Positions 36,429 to 50,200 are shown, counted from the stretch's first letter. The stretch is DNA of 64,000 bases from Anaeramoeba ignava BMAN (GCA_028826165.1 JAPDFW010000033.1:620001-684000), one strand, 5' to 3'. Notes: a model not told the origin generated them from the letters alone. Program-made: numbers and translations.

Positions 36429-38287
36429 ATGACAGAAATTAGTGATGTTATTAACAAAGTATTATTTGAATCAACAAATTTACAATCTCAAATGGAATCT
36501 TATAAAAATATAACAAATTCACTAGCAGAAAGAATAAAAACAATTCAAGTAGGAAAATAGTTTATTAAAAGCAAATTTACCAAAAAATTTTCTTTTAAAT
36601 TTTTATAAAATCTTTTTTTTCTTTAATAAAAATTATAGGAAAAAATAGAAGATAAAAAAGAAATCGAATCAAAAGATGAAAATGGTTCTTTTTATAAAAT
36701 TGAAAAAAAAAAGCGAAAATTTTAATTCAAAAAAATTTTTTAAAAATAATTTCCTTTATTTAAAATTTTCTTTTATTCAGAAATTATCAACAAACTTAAA
36801 GAAGAAAATCAAGAATTAACTAATTGTGTGATTGAATATCAAATTTCTCTTAAATTAATTATTAATAAATATAAAGAAAAGCTTTTAGAATCTCAACAAA
36901 AAATTGAAAATTTAGAATTAAAACATTTTGATGAACAACAAGAATTAAATGTAAATCTTTTTGAATTAAAAATTGAATTAAAAATTGAATTAAATTGAAT
37001 TGAATTAAATATTGAATTGAATATTGAATTGAATATTGAATTGAATTGAATATTGAATTAAATATTAAATTGAATTAAATATTGAATTGAATATTGAATT
37101 AAATATTGAATTGAATTGAATTAAATATTGAATTGAATTAAATATTGAATTGAATATTGAATTAAATATTGAATTGAATTAAATATTGAAATTGGAATTA
37201 AAATTGAATTGAATATTAAATAAATTGAATTGAATTAAATATTGAAGTATTGAATATTGAATTGAATATTGAATATTGGTAAATATTGGGTGAATTGAAA
37301 TATTAAATTGAATTGAATATTGAATCAAAATGAATGGGAATTAAATATTGAATTGATTTGAATTAAATATTGAATTAAATATTGAATTGAATTAAATATT
37401 GAATTAAATATTGAATTAAATATTTATTGAATATTGGAATTAAATATTGAATTGAATATTGAATATTGAATTGAATTAAATATTAAATCGAATTGAATAT
37501 TGAATATTGAATGATTAAATATTGGAATTAAATATTGAAATTGAATATTGAATTAAATATTGAATTAAATATTGAATCGAATGGGAATTAAATATTTGAA
37601 TTGAAATTGAACGAATGTTAGTGAATATTGAATCGAAAATTGAATATTGAATTGGAATTAAAAACGAATATGAAATTGTGAATTGAATATTGAATAAATA
37701 TTGAATAATGAATGAATATTGAATCAAATATTGAATTGAATTGAATATTGAATAAAAATATTGAATTAAATATTGAAATGAATAAATATTTGAATTGAAT
37801 TGAATTGAATTGAATTGAAATGAAAATTGAATATTGAAATTGAATTGAATATTTGGAATAAAAATATTGAATCTCTTCGAATTGAATATTGAATTAAATA
37901 TTGAATTGAATATTGAATTAAATATTGAATTAAATATTGAATTAAATATTGAATTGAATTAAATATTGAATTGAATTGAATTGAATATTGAATTGAATTA
38001 AATATTGAATTGAATATTGAATTAAATATTGAATTGAATTGAATTGAATATTGAATTGAATTGAATTTAAATTTAAAATAAAGGATGAAATTGAAACATT
38101 AAAAGAAGAAAATGGAAAACTAAAAACAAAAGTTCATGAAATGTTAAAAGTTATGAAAGAATCACAAGAAGAAGTAGATAAAGATTTTGAAAGTTATCAA
38201 ACAAATATTGAACAATTAAAACAAGAAAATGAATCACTTCGAGATTTGTTAAAAATTTCTGGAATTGATATTCAAACAAAAAAATAA
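36429..38287 (+). CDS. SIKE/FGFR1OP2-like coiled-coil protein, 4 exons (missed by the ORF track)
   Basis: Exons 36429-36548, 36639-36684, 36781-36950, 38084-38287, GT-AG. Motifs LKEENQELTNCVIEYQISLKLIINKYKE and EMLKVMKES...IEQLKQENESLRDLLKIS resemble FGFR1OP2/SIKE. Confidence 0.75.
36960..38066. repeat. (TTGAA/TTGAATA/TTGAATTAAATA)n simple repeat filling intron 36951-38083
   Basis: Direct inspection; the central part is degenerate. Confidence 0.9.
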
Positions 38288-38494
38288 TTTTTACTTTTTG
38301 GTTTTTTTGGGATTTTTTTTTTACTTTCCAAAAAAAAATTTTAATAAAAATAAAAAAATAATTCAAAAATAATTTTTTCATTTTTTTCCTTTTTTTTATA
38401 TTTTTTTTTCCTTTTATTTTTTTAAATTTTTTTTTCCTTTTATTATTTTTATTCAAATTAAAATTAAAATTTAAATTTAAAATTTAAATTTAAA

Positions 38495-39701
38495 ATGGGA
38501 ATTTTTGGATCAAAAAAATCACCAGAAGAATTATTAAAAGAATATCAAAAATTACTTAGAAAATCACAAAGAGAAATTGAAAGAGAAAGAATGAAATTAC
38601 AAAGACAAGAGAAAACAATTATAGCAGATATGAAAAAGATGGCAAAAGAAGGACAAGCTGTAAAAATTTTCTATTTAATTTTTCTATTTAAAATTTTCTA
38701 TTTAAAATTTTCTATTTAAAATTTTCTATTTAATAAAAAGAATTCTTGCAAAATTATGGCTAAAGATCTTGTTAGAACAAGACATACTATTCAAAAATTT
38801 TATCGAATGAAAGCTCAATTACAAGCTGTTTCTTTAAGAATTCAAACTATGAGATCATCTGCAACAATGACAAAAGCAATGAGAGGAACTGCAAAAGTAT
38901 TTTTTATATTAAAATCAAAATTAAAATTTAAATTAAAATTAAAATTTAAATTTAAAATTAAAATCAAAATTAAATTCATTTAAAAAATTAAAATTAAAAT
39001 CAAAATTAAAATTAAAATTAAAATTAAAATTAAAATTAAAATTAAAATTAAAATCAAAAATTAAAATTAAAATTAAAATTAAAATTAAAATTAAAATTAA
39101 AATTAAAATTAAAATTAAAATTAAAATTAAAATTAAAATTAAAATTAAAATTAAAATCAAAATTTAAAATTAAAAATTTAAAATTAAAATTAAAATTAAA
39201 ATCAAAATTAAAATTAAAATTTAAAAAAGGCAATGGCTGCAATGAATAGAGCTACAAACATTCCTGTTATGCAAAAAGTATTAATGGAATTTGAAAAACA
39301 AAACGAAGTTTATGCAAACAAAAGAAGAAACAATGGAAGATACTTTAGATGATATTTTTGAAGAAAGTGGAGAAGAAGATGAAGTAGAAGAAGAAGTTGG
39401 AAAAGTTTTTGAAGAATTAAAGATTAATTTAGTTGGTCAAGTAAGAAAATTAAAATTAAAATTAAAATTTAAATTTAAATTAAAATCAAAATCAAAATCA
39501 AAATTAAAATTAAAATTGAAATCAAAATTAAAATTAAAATTAAAATTAAAATTAAAATCAAAATTAAAATTAAAATTAAAATTTAAATCAAAATTTAAAT
39601 TAAAAAAGCTTGAAAATACTCCAGTTGAAGCACAAAAAAATACAGATGTTCAAGCAAATGATTTAGAAAAAAGATTAGCAAATTTAAAAAATAATAATTA
39701 A
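38495..39701 (+). CDS. VPS2: ESCRT-III subunit VPS2/CHMP2A, 4 exons; one extra T near 39311
   Basis: Exons 38495-38659, 38741-38896, 39230-39440, 39609-39701. Motifs MAKDLVRTR..KFYRMKAQLQAVSLRIQT, EFEKQNE, DLEKRLANLK. Confidence 0.9.
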
Positions 39702-39934
39702 ATCTTTTTTTCCTTTCTTTCAAAATTTCTATCAAATTTCTATCAAAATTTCTATCAAAATTTTTCTTTTTTGAATTTTTTCTTTTTGGAATTTTTTCTT
39801 TTTGGAATTTTTTCTTTTTTGGAATTTTTTTTCACCAAATCAATTAATCAAAAAAAAAAAAAAAAAGCAAAAAAAAAATTTTTCTCTTTTTTTTTTCTAA
39901 ACTTTTTTCATTTCATTTTTTCTTTTCAAATTAA

Positions 39935-42367
39935 ATGTCAACAACTGGTTTATTTTCAAAAGAAGGAGAGTCAATACCTTTAACAGGAATTTTTATTAAT
40001 TCCAAAATAATTGATTTTGTTAGTCAAGTTACAATTACACAAAAATATTGGAATAAATCAACAAAACCAATCGAAGCAATTTTCAAATTCCCAATAGATG
40101 AAGCAGCATCAATTTATGGATTTGAAGCATATATTGATAATAAAGTCATCAAAGGAGTATCAAAACCAAAAGAAAAAGCAAAAGAAATTTATGATGATTC
40201 AATTGCAGCTGGAAAAGGAGCTTATCTTTTAGAACAAACAACAAATGATTTATTCACAATGAATATTGGGAATTTACCTGCCGGCAAAATTGTTGTGATC
40301 TCAATTCATTATGTTGCTGAATTGGAAATTGATGAGAAAAACAGAACAAATTTTGTTATTCCAACTACTTTTTCTCAAAAATTTATTCCTCAAAGCCAAA
40401 TTGATTCAGAATTATCTCAGCAAATCCAACCTTCTTATGCAGAAAAAATTCCTTATGGATTAGAATTGCAAATCCAAATAGAAATGGAATCTGAAATTAT
40501 TGAAGCAAGTTCACCATCTCATCAAATTTTGGTTGAAAAAGAAAATGAAAAGAAATGGAATATCAAATTATCTAAATTGGAGGAAAAAGAATTAAATCGA
40601 GATTTTGTATTAAAGATACAAACAAAAAATCCATTTCAACCTCGAATTTGGGTTGATTTTGATAATCAAGATAAAAAAGATAATCAAGATAATAAAGATA
40701 ATCAAGATAATAAAGATAAAAAAGATAATAAAGATAATCAAGATAATAAAGATAAAAAAGATAATAAAGATAATCAAGATAATCATAAAACACAACCTGC
40801 TTTAATGGTCACATTTTTCCCTGAAATTCGTGGTTTTAATGTTCAAACTGAAATCATCTTTTTACTTGATAGATCAGGTTCAATGCTTGGGAACAGAATT
40901 AAATCAGCAACAGAAGCAATTACTAGATCCCTTAACAAATTACCTCCGACTTGTTTCTTTAATATCATTTCTTTCGGAACATATTATGAATTAATGTTTG
41001 ACAATTCTCAACCAGCTCAAAAAGAAATCATTTCAAAAGCAATAACTAATATTTCAAAAATGAGTGCAGATCTTGGAGGAACTAATATTTTAGATGCTCT
41101 TCAATATATTTTTACACAGAAAATCGAATCCAAATCAACAAGACAGATTTTCATCCTAACAGATGGAGATGTTTCAAACACACCAGAAATTATCAATTTA
41201 ATCCGACAGAATTCAAACAATACAAGAGTATTCTCTTTCGGAATTGGATCTTCTTCATCAAGAGACCTAATAAACGGAATTGCAAGAGCAGGAAATGGGA
41301 AAGCAATATACATCGATGACAATCTCACAGATATTGATAATAAAGTATTGAAACAAATACTAAGAGCTTTAAATCCTTCTTTGTATGACTTAAAAATTGA
41401 TTGGAACAAACTTGATATTGATCAATCCCCAAGAATTTTACCTCCTCTTTTTAATAAAGAGAAATTTGTTGTTTATGGATTTTTCAAACAGATTCCAAAA
41501 GATTCATCTCAAATCAAATTTACTTTAACTGGAAAATATCCAAATGGAAATGAATTTTCAACAGAAGTTCAAAATGTTAATGAAATTCATTCTGATTTAA
41601 ATTTCATTTCAATTTTAACTGCAAAATCTTTAATCCAAGAATTGCAAATGATTCCAACAGGTAATTCCAAAGAAGAAATCACAAATCTTGCTATTAAATA
41701 TGGTTTATCAAGTCCATATACAAGTTTTATTGCAGTTGAAGAACGAGAAATTGATGGAGAAGATCAAGGTGAAATGGAATTGGTAAATATTCCAACACTT
41801 AAACCAAGAGATCAAACACCTCAATTTACTCCAAATTTTGGAGGACAAGAAAGATTTCGAAGTATTACTCCACAATATGTAATTAAAATTAAAAAACCAA
41901 ATCAAAAATTTAAAATTTAAAATTTAAAATTTAAAATTATAAAAAATAATTTAATATAAAATAAGAATGGAAGAAAATTTCAACAAAGAAGAAGTTATGC
42001 AACTTCAAAAATGGATCAAAGCACTCCACTTTTAATTCAACAAGATCATCTTAAAAGAGACAGAGCAGGTTTTTGTTTTATTGCAACTGCGGCTTATGGA
42101 ACTGATCTTGATCCAAGAATTAATTCATTAAGGTAAAAATTATTTTTGATTTTTATTTATATTTTTGATTTATATTTTTATTTATATTATTTTAGATGGT
42201 TAAGAGATAATATTCTTCCAGAAAAAGTTACAAAATTCTATTATAAAATCTCTCCACCAATTGCAAAATTCATTTCAAAATCAAATTTCCTTCGATTTTT
42301 AGTTCGAATTGGATTATGGCCTTTAATTTTAGCAATTGATAATCCAAGAAAATTTTTCCAGTTTTGA
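39935..42367 (+). CDS. VIT + vWA (VWA5A-like) protein with a C-terminal CFI-box-CTERM-like domain, 3 exons
   Basis: Exons 39935-41878, 41966-42132, 42196-42367. VIT PIEAIFKFPIDE..FTMNIGNLP; MIDAS DRSGSM, LGGTNI, ILTDG; tail GFCFIATAAYG..INSLR|WLRDN..FYYKISPPIAKFI..LRFLVRIGLWPL. Confidence 0.88.
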
Positions 42368-42498
42368 TTTTATCAATTCTTTTAATTTCTTTTTTTTTCA
42401 CAAATTGATTTTTTTTCTTTTTTCAAAATTCCCCAAAAAAAAAATTTTTTTTTTCCTTTCAAAATAATTTTTTTGCTTTTTACTCTTTTTTTTTTCCT

Positions 42499-44797
42499 TC
42501 AATTATGAACAAAAATTCCATTTGCTAATAATTGATCTTCTGTTGATGATAAACCATAAACAAATTTTTCATTTGGTTTTCCAATATCAATAGAAATAAT
42601 TTTATCCCAAAAAATATCTGAATTAGCAAAAATTTTCAAGTTTTCAAAAGCAATATTTTTTTTTTCAGTTGATTTTTCAATTATAAATTCAGTTTTTTGA
42701 ATAAGTTCTTGAAGTTTTTGTCTTGTTTCAATTTTTGAAGAATAAAGAAGCATTAAATCTGGTGTCAAAAATGATTTTAATTCTTTCTTTGTTGTTGCTA
42801 ATAGTTTTTTAGTTTCGGGAATAAAATCTAATTTTAAAGTTCGATTCCATTTTTTTTGTTTGAGAATTTCTTCTAATTTTTCCTTTTGATCTTTTGATCT
42901 AAAATTGATAATTTTTTGGAATTTTTCTATATTTTCTTTTCCTTCAATTTTTAATTGAAAATGATTTAAATTTTGTGATGTTATTTTTGGTTCTTTTCTG
43001 GATGTTGAATTTCTTGATTTTTTATTCATTTCTTTTTGATTTATTTTTGGGAAATTTTCATTTTCTTTTTGGAAAGTTTTTCTTGAGTTTTTAATAACAA
43101 AATTAAATTCTTGATTTTCTTTTGAGTTTTTTTTCTGGTTGATTGAGTTTTGTATATTGATTCCATTTTTGATATTTTTTGTATTTTTGATATTGTTCAT
43201 ATTTTTTGTATTCTTTGTATTTTTTTCATTCCCAAATAAATTAACTCTTTTGATTTTTGTAAATTTTGTTTGAATTTCCCAACGAAGTAACATCATTTGC
43301 AAAAAAATTGCAACTTTTTTACTTAAAGTTGTAAATTGAATATAAACATTTTCTTGGTTTGAATGCGACTTCTGTTTTTTTGTTCCAATAACAACTGAGT
43401 CAGATCCATCAAAAATTCCTTTAAGAAAATGTTGAAGTAAATTTTTTTCTAAACTTAAAATAAAATTGGAAATTTCCATTTTATGAAGTCGATCCACTTT
43501 TTGGATTCCCAAATTTTCAAGAAGATTTAATAGAACTTCACATTCAAAATCAACTCGAGTTGATGAAGAATAAATTTTACTTTTCGGAATTTTGAATATT
43601 GATGTTGTCATTGATGAAAATTTATCTCTAATGCTAATATTCTTGTTGCAAAAATGTATTTCTTTTTTGTTTTTTCTTGAATAGATAAATCCTCCTCCAA
43701 ACATTAACCCAACATAATAAGCAAATTCCTGATTAAATTCTTTTGGTATTTCTATTTCTATTTCTATTTCTATTTCTTTTGAATTGGAATGAGAATTATC
43801 TTTCATTTTAAATACACTTGAAAATTCTAAACAATTCCCAAAAAATTTTGAGAAAATTTTAAGATCAGAAACTTGAATATCTTTTCTTTCTTTGTTTTCT
43901 TTTAGAATAAATGGAAATTCTTGACTAAATTTATCTATCAATTCTTTTTTCCCTAATTTGCTAATTTCCTCATTTAATTTTAAAAGAAAAAGTTGAAACA
44001 CTTGATTCTCCTTCAAATTCATTTGTATTTTTTTCAGAATTTTTGGGTTTTTTTCAAATTGTTGAATAATTCGATTAATTTCCAAAGGAATAAATTCAAA
44101 ATTATTTTGCAATAAAACATCATTTGAAACTAAATGAAAAAGTTGTAAATTTTTAGGAAAAGAAATTTTAATTTTTCTTGATGTTGCAATAAATTCTCCA
44201 ACTTCAAGATCTTGAACAAGTTTCCATTTAATTTGATCACCTTCTAATATTAAAAATTTTCCTCCTTGAGTTATATTAATTGATTTCCCAGATTCTAATC
44301 TAAATGTAAGCATATTTATTGGTGATTCTTTTTTCCAAAAATTTAATACTTTTCCTTCTTCAATTTTTAATTGTTCATTTAAAAATGGTGTTTGAAAATG
44401 ATTTATTTCTTGAATTTTTTGAATTTTTTTTCGATTTAAATTTTGATTCCTTTTTAAATTGATTATTTTTTTTTGATTTTGATTTTGATTTAAATTTTGA
44501 TTTTGATTTTGATTTTGATTTTGATTTTGATTTTGATTTTGATTTTGATTTTGATTTTGATTTTTGATTTTGATTTAAATTTTGATTTTCTTTTTGATTT
44601 AAATTTTGATTTTGATTTTCTTTTTGTTTTTCTTTTCTTTTTCTTTCTAATTCTATTTTAATCATATTTTCAACAATATCTTGAATTGAATAACAAGTTC
44701 CATTTGTTATATTTAATATTCTGACATTTTGATTAAAAAAACATTCAAAAGAATAATTTATTTTTTCTTCTTCAAATTTTGATTTATTATTTTGCAT
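42499..44797 (-). CDS. Free-standing intein-like (Hint + LAGLIDADG) protein, about 765 aa after correcting one frameshift near 44563
   Basis: 18-aa leader, then CFFNQNVRILNITNG (Cys at 44743); LESGKSINITQGGKFL (block B); FAYYVGLMFGGG and LQHFLKGIFDGSDSV (LAGLIDADG-like); IQFTTLSKKVA; SDIFWDKIISI; FVYGL..LLANGIFVHN then TGA. Confidence 0.85.
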
Positions 44798-45034
44798 TAA
44801 AATTTGTTTTTTATTATTTTTTTATTATTTTTTTTTTTGGGAATGAAAAAAATGAAAAAAAAAAGATTAAAAAAAATGATCTTAAAAAATAAATCTTTTT
44901 CCTTTTCTTTTTTTTTTTTTGACATTGATTTGATGTTTTGTTTTAATTTTAATGTCAAAAAAAAAAAATAAATTCTTGACATTAATAAAAGGAGAAGAAA
45001 AAAAAAATTTTTTTTTTTGAGGAATTTTTTTTGA

Positions 45035-47148
45035 TTAATTTAATTCAAGATAATCACTTGGAACAAATCCAAATTTATCATTAATTTTTGCAAAAAACCT
45101 TTTTTTTTTTTTATTGAAATTTAAAAATTAATTTGTAAATAAAATTACGAATTAAAATTATTAAAATTAAAATACCATCCAGATTCATCAATTTCTAAAA
45201 TATCAATCTTATCTCCTTTTTGAAATGAAAGTTCATTTTCTTCTATTGCTTCAAAATTTTCTTTTGCAATTACTGTTTCAACAACAGAAAATATTGTCAT
45301 AATATTTTCAGGATTAAGCTATTGCAAAAAATACAATAATTTTATAAATAATTTTATAAATAGTTTTATAAATAATTTTATAAATAATTTATAATTAATT
45401 TTATAAATAATTTTATAATTAATTTTATAAATAATTTTATAAATAATTTTATTAATAATTTTATAATTAATTTTATTAATAATTTTATAAATAATTTTAT
45501 AATTAATTTTATAAATAATTTTATAAATAATTTTATAATTAATTTTATAAATAATTTTATAAATAATTTTATAAATAATTTTATTAATAATTTTATAAAT
45601 AATTTTATAATTAATTTTATAAATAATTTTATAAATAATTTTATAATTAATTTTATTAATAATTTTATAATTAATTTTATATTTAATTTTATAAATAATT
45701 TTATATTTAATTTTATAATTAATTTTATAAATAATTTTATATTTAATTTAATAAATAATTTTATAAATAATTTTTATTAATAATTTTATAAATAATTTTA
45801 TAAATAATTTTATAATTAATTTTATAAATAATTTTATAAATAATTTTATAAATAATTTTATAAATAATTTTATAAATAATTTTATAAATAATTTTATAAA
45901 TAATTTTATAAATAATTTTATAAATAATTTTATATTTAATTTTATATTTAATTTTATAAATAATTTTATAAATAATTTTATAAATAATTTTATAAATAAT
46001 TTTATTAATAATTTTATTAATAATTTTATAAATAATTTTATAAATTAATTTTATTAAATAATTTTATACAGATTTTGGTTGATATATCGGTATATTTTCT
46101 TGAATTCCTGTTGTTTTTGTTTCTTGAATACTTTTAATTCCATTTTCTATTTCTTTTTCTGGATTAAATGATTCAAATCTTTGAAGAAGATTTTTTGATT
46201 GTTGTAAAGTATCATTTGTAATTTGTTCAAGAAAAAGATAATAATGCTTTGAAAAATCATTAAGTAAATTACTTCTGTCTTTTTCAAATTGAACCATTTT
46301 TTGAAAAATTAATTCATATTCTTGTTTAATACTTTCATAACTTTTGGTTAATTGATTATAAATTTCATCATATTCTTTTTGAGAATTCAATGCTTCTTTT
46401 TGAGCCATTTTATATTTACTTTCAATCTTCAAAATAAATTGAATTTTTTTTTAAAATTTAAATTTGAATTTAAATTTAAATTATATATATATATATATAA
46501 AAAATCTACTTTTGGAAAATTTCTTTGAATTAATCCTGTTTTTGAAGTGAGATCATGAAAAATTGATTCTTGACTTAAACATTTTTCCATATATTTTTGA
46601 CAAGATTTACGATTTTCCAAATGATATTTTTCATAATCTTTCATATTCCGTTTCAATTTAAATAGCATCTTTAATAAAATATAAACAAACAAATTAAAAA
46701 TGATTTTTTCTTTTTTCTTTTTGATTTTGATAAAAATTTAAACCTTTTGGAATTCATTTTCATAATCTTTTGATAACTTTGAAATTTGCTTATAATGTTC
46801 TTCAAAAAATTTCCCTAAAACATCTTGATTAATTGATCTATTTTGTAATTCTTTTGCATAAGAAAATACAATTTCAGACATTAAACTGAATTTCAAAAAG
46901 AAAATTCCAAACAAACTAATTAATAAAAGAAATTGTTTTTCTTTTTAAATTTTGTTTTTAATAAAAAAAAACCCATGAATTCCTTTTTCAATTTCAATTG
47001 AAGTTTCAAAATTGTTTTTAGTTTCTGTTAATTTTTCTGAATATTTTGTTTCTACAATTGCTCTTTTATGAAGCAATTCACAAATTTGATTCGTTTCTTT
47101 CACCATTTGTTGAGTTTTTGAAAGAAGTGAATTATATAAATCATTCAT
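45035..47148 (-). CDS. F-BAR (FCH)-like coiled coil + C-terminal SH3 protein, multi-exon
   Basis: N-terminal LLHKRAIVETKYSEKL (FCH-like); QFEKDR; SH3 AKENFEAIEENELSFQKGDKIDILEIDESG..FAKINDKFGFVPSDYLEL*. Confidence 0.8.
45335..46066. repeat. 12-bp minisatellite (AATAATTTTATA)n in intron 45319-46069
   Basis: Direct tandem array. Confidence 0.92.
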
Positions 47149-47270
47149 AATAATAATAATAATAAAATGAAAATAAAAAAATGAAAAAATTTATTTCAAG
47201 AAAAAAAAAAACAATTCACAAAAACAAAAAAAGAAAAAGAAGATTCAAACAAAAAAAAATTTTCAATTTC

Positions 47271-50200
47271 CTAATTTGAATTTGGGAATGATTTAGAATT
47301 TCCATCAGAATCTAAATTTGAACGAGGAGTTGGAGCTGAAAAAGAATCACCGAAAGAATTTGAATGAGAAACAGAATGTAATTGAAATTGATTTTGAATA
47401 TTTTCATTATTTTGGTTATTTTCATTATTTTGATTATTTTGATTATTTTGATTATTTTGATTATTTTGATTATTTTGATTATTTTCATTATTTTGAATAT
47501 TTTGAATATTTTGAATATTTGTATCTGTATTTATATTTATATTTAAATTTTGAAGAAAATTTCTATTCAAATGTCTTGAACTTGAATGTAAATGTGAATG
47601 TAAATGTGAATGTGAATGTGAATGTGAATGCTTGAATGACCCTATATTTAATCGAGAAGATAACAAAGATAATTTTTTCTGTTGCCTTTCAATTTTGTTT
47701 TTTAATTTGTTGATCTGAAAAGGAAAAGATGATTTTGAATTTAATTGAAAATAATTATGAGAATTTTCCAAATTTTTCAAAGTATCAATATCAAGATCAT
47801 CATCAATTTTATCAGTATATAAAAATTTGACAAATACTCTCATTGATTTTAGAGTTTTTCCAGAATATTCATCAACTTTGTTGCTTTTATCATTTACAGT
47901 TAAAAACATTCCTCTATAAGTTTCAGATCTTGCAAGTAAAATAATTTTGTGGATTTTAATTTTTTCATCACCAACAATAATTTGGAAATCTTTTGAATCT
48001 TTTTTATAAAGACTTGAAATGGCTTTTAATAACGAATGAACTGTACAATTTTCTTCGAAATTAATTTTCAATTGATTCGCTATTTTCTTCAATTTTTCTT
48101 TCATTTCTAATGAGTATTTTCCACAATAAACCCATTCAAGAAATGCTTTTGCTTTCTCAATTTTTTTGGTTAATAATATTTTTTGGATTTCTTCCATTCT
48201 TTTATTAGGTAATCTTGCTTCTATTATCAATTTATGAACAGGAATAGTTCCTCCTTTAACTTGAAATTCAAAATCACAAAATTCTTTGTTGAGAAAAAGA
48301 TTTTGGAAATCACAAACTATGGAAATATAACTCTCTAAAATTCCAATTATTTTTTTATCAGTCGCAATATCAAAACATCCTTTTCCCTATTTTTATTATA
48401 TTTTTAATTATTATTATTATTTTTTCATTTTAAAATTATTTAATTACAAGCTATAAAAATAAATATTAAATTTTTAATATCAACATTAATTTAATTTCTA
48501 ATAAATTTTCATATAAAAATTGATAAATTTACTCTCTATTATTTTTGTTTAGTTTTTCAATTTTAAAAATTAATTTTTCATTTTAAAGTATATTATTTAC
48601 ATTTTTAATATAAATATCTGCATTTGATTGAAGTAATCTAAAGACTGTTTGTGGTTTATTTCTATTTTCACAAGCATAAAGTAAAGGAGTATTCATCTAA
48701 AATAATCAAAAATCAAAATCAAAATCAAAATCAAAATCATTATGAATTTTTGAAAAAGAAAATTACTTGCTAAAAAAAATATAAATAAATAATCAAATAA
48801 ATAAATCAAATAGAAATTGTAAAAAAATACTCTCTATTTAATTATTTAATTAATTATTATTTAATTATTTGATTAATTATTATTTGATTAATTATATAAA
48901 TACATCTTTTGCATCAATAATAGCTCCTGAATTAATTAATATCCTTATTACTCTATAATCTGCATTATTTTTACAAGCATAATGTAATGGAGTTGCATTC
49001 TAGAATTATTTTTTTTTAAAATGAGTATTTTTTTCTCAAAATAAAAAAGAGAATTTTTTATAAATGAATTTATACATACTAATAATAATTTGAGAAATTA
49101 AAAAAAAACCAAAAAAGAAATGATTAAAAAAAAAGATTATTTACTCTCTTTAGAAATCAAAATTAATATTAAAATTAAAATTAAAATTAAAATAAAAATC
49201 AAATCAAACATCTAAAGCATTAATTTCTGCTCCTTTTTGTAATAATAATTTAACTATTTTTGGATTTGATTTATCTAAGCAAGCAAGATGAAGAGGTGTT
49301 GATTTCTTCAAATTTTTAATTTTTAATTTTTAATTTTTAATTTTTAATTTTTAATTTTTAATTTTTAATTGAATTTTTAATTGAATTTTTAAATGAATTA
49401 CTCCCTAAATTATAAAAAATTTTAAAATTGGAATTTATTTGAAATAATTTCTTTTTTTTATTTTTGGTTTACATTCTTTTTTTTATTAAATTTTTAATTT
49501 TTAATTTTTAATTTTTATTTTTAATTTTTAATTTTTAAATACATTCGGAACATTAATTTTAGCTCCTCTGTGAATTAACAATTCAACGATTTGCAAACTT
49601 TGTGAATTTTCGCAGGCAAAATGTAAAGGGGTATCATTCTATTAAAAATAAAAAAATTTTTTGATCAAAAAAAAAAAAAAGAAGAAATGAAAAAAATTTT
49701 TTTCCTTTTTACATTCTAATTGAAAAAAAAAATTTACACCTCAATTTTTGGGTTTTTCAATAAAAAATAAAATTACAAGCTTTTTAATTAAAATTATCCA
49801 AAAAAATTAATATTAGTTTTTGTTTTAATTTTAAGGAAAAAAAAAATAAAAAAGAAAATTTGCTATTTTTGTTTTTCAATTAGAATTACATTCATTGCAT
49901 GAAGATCAGCTCCAAAATCCAAAAAATATTTAATGATATCAACTTTTATATTCTTTTGACAAGCAAAATGTAAGGGGGTATTATTCTGTTTTTATTTTAT
50001 TTTTTTTTTGGGGGATTAAATCGAATTGAATATTTTAAATTTTTCAATTAAATTTTTTATTTAGTTCATAAAATTGTCAGTAAAAAAACTACATCAGGCT
50101 AAATAGAAAAAATAAATATTTTGGTTTTATTAATTTTAAACAAATTCCATTTAATTTCGAAATATAATTTAATTGAATTTTTACCTTCTTTTTTATGGTT

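Noticed and set aside
42499-44313. Intein-like ORF as bacterial or archaeal contamination
   Set aside because: It has the host's AT content and NQ/IE microsatellites and sits closely between intron-containing eukaryotic genes.
49730-49745. Possible additional micro-exon (minus strand GAG-GT-GTAAA)
   Set aside because: It would be 2 nt (frame-breaking) and would leave introns far shorter than the ~61-nt minimum seen in this gene.
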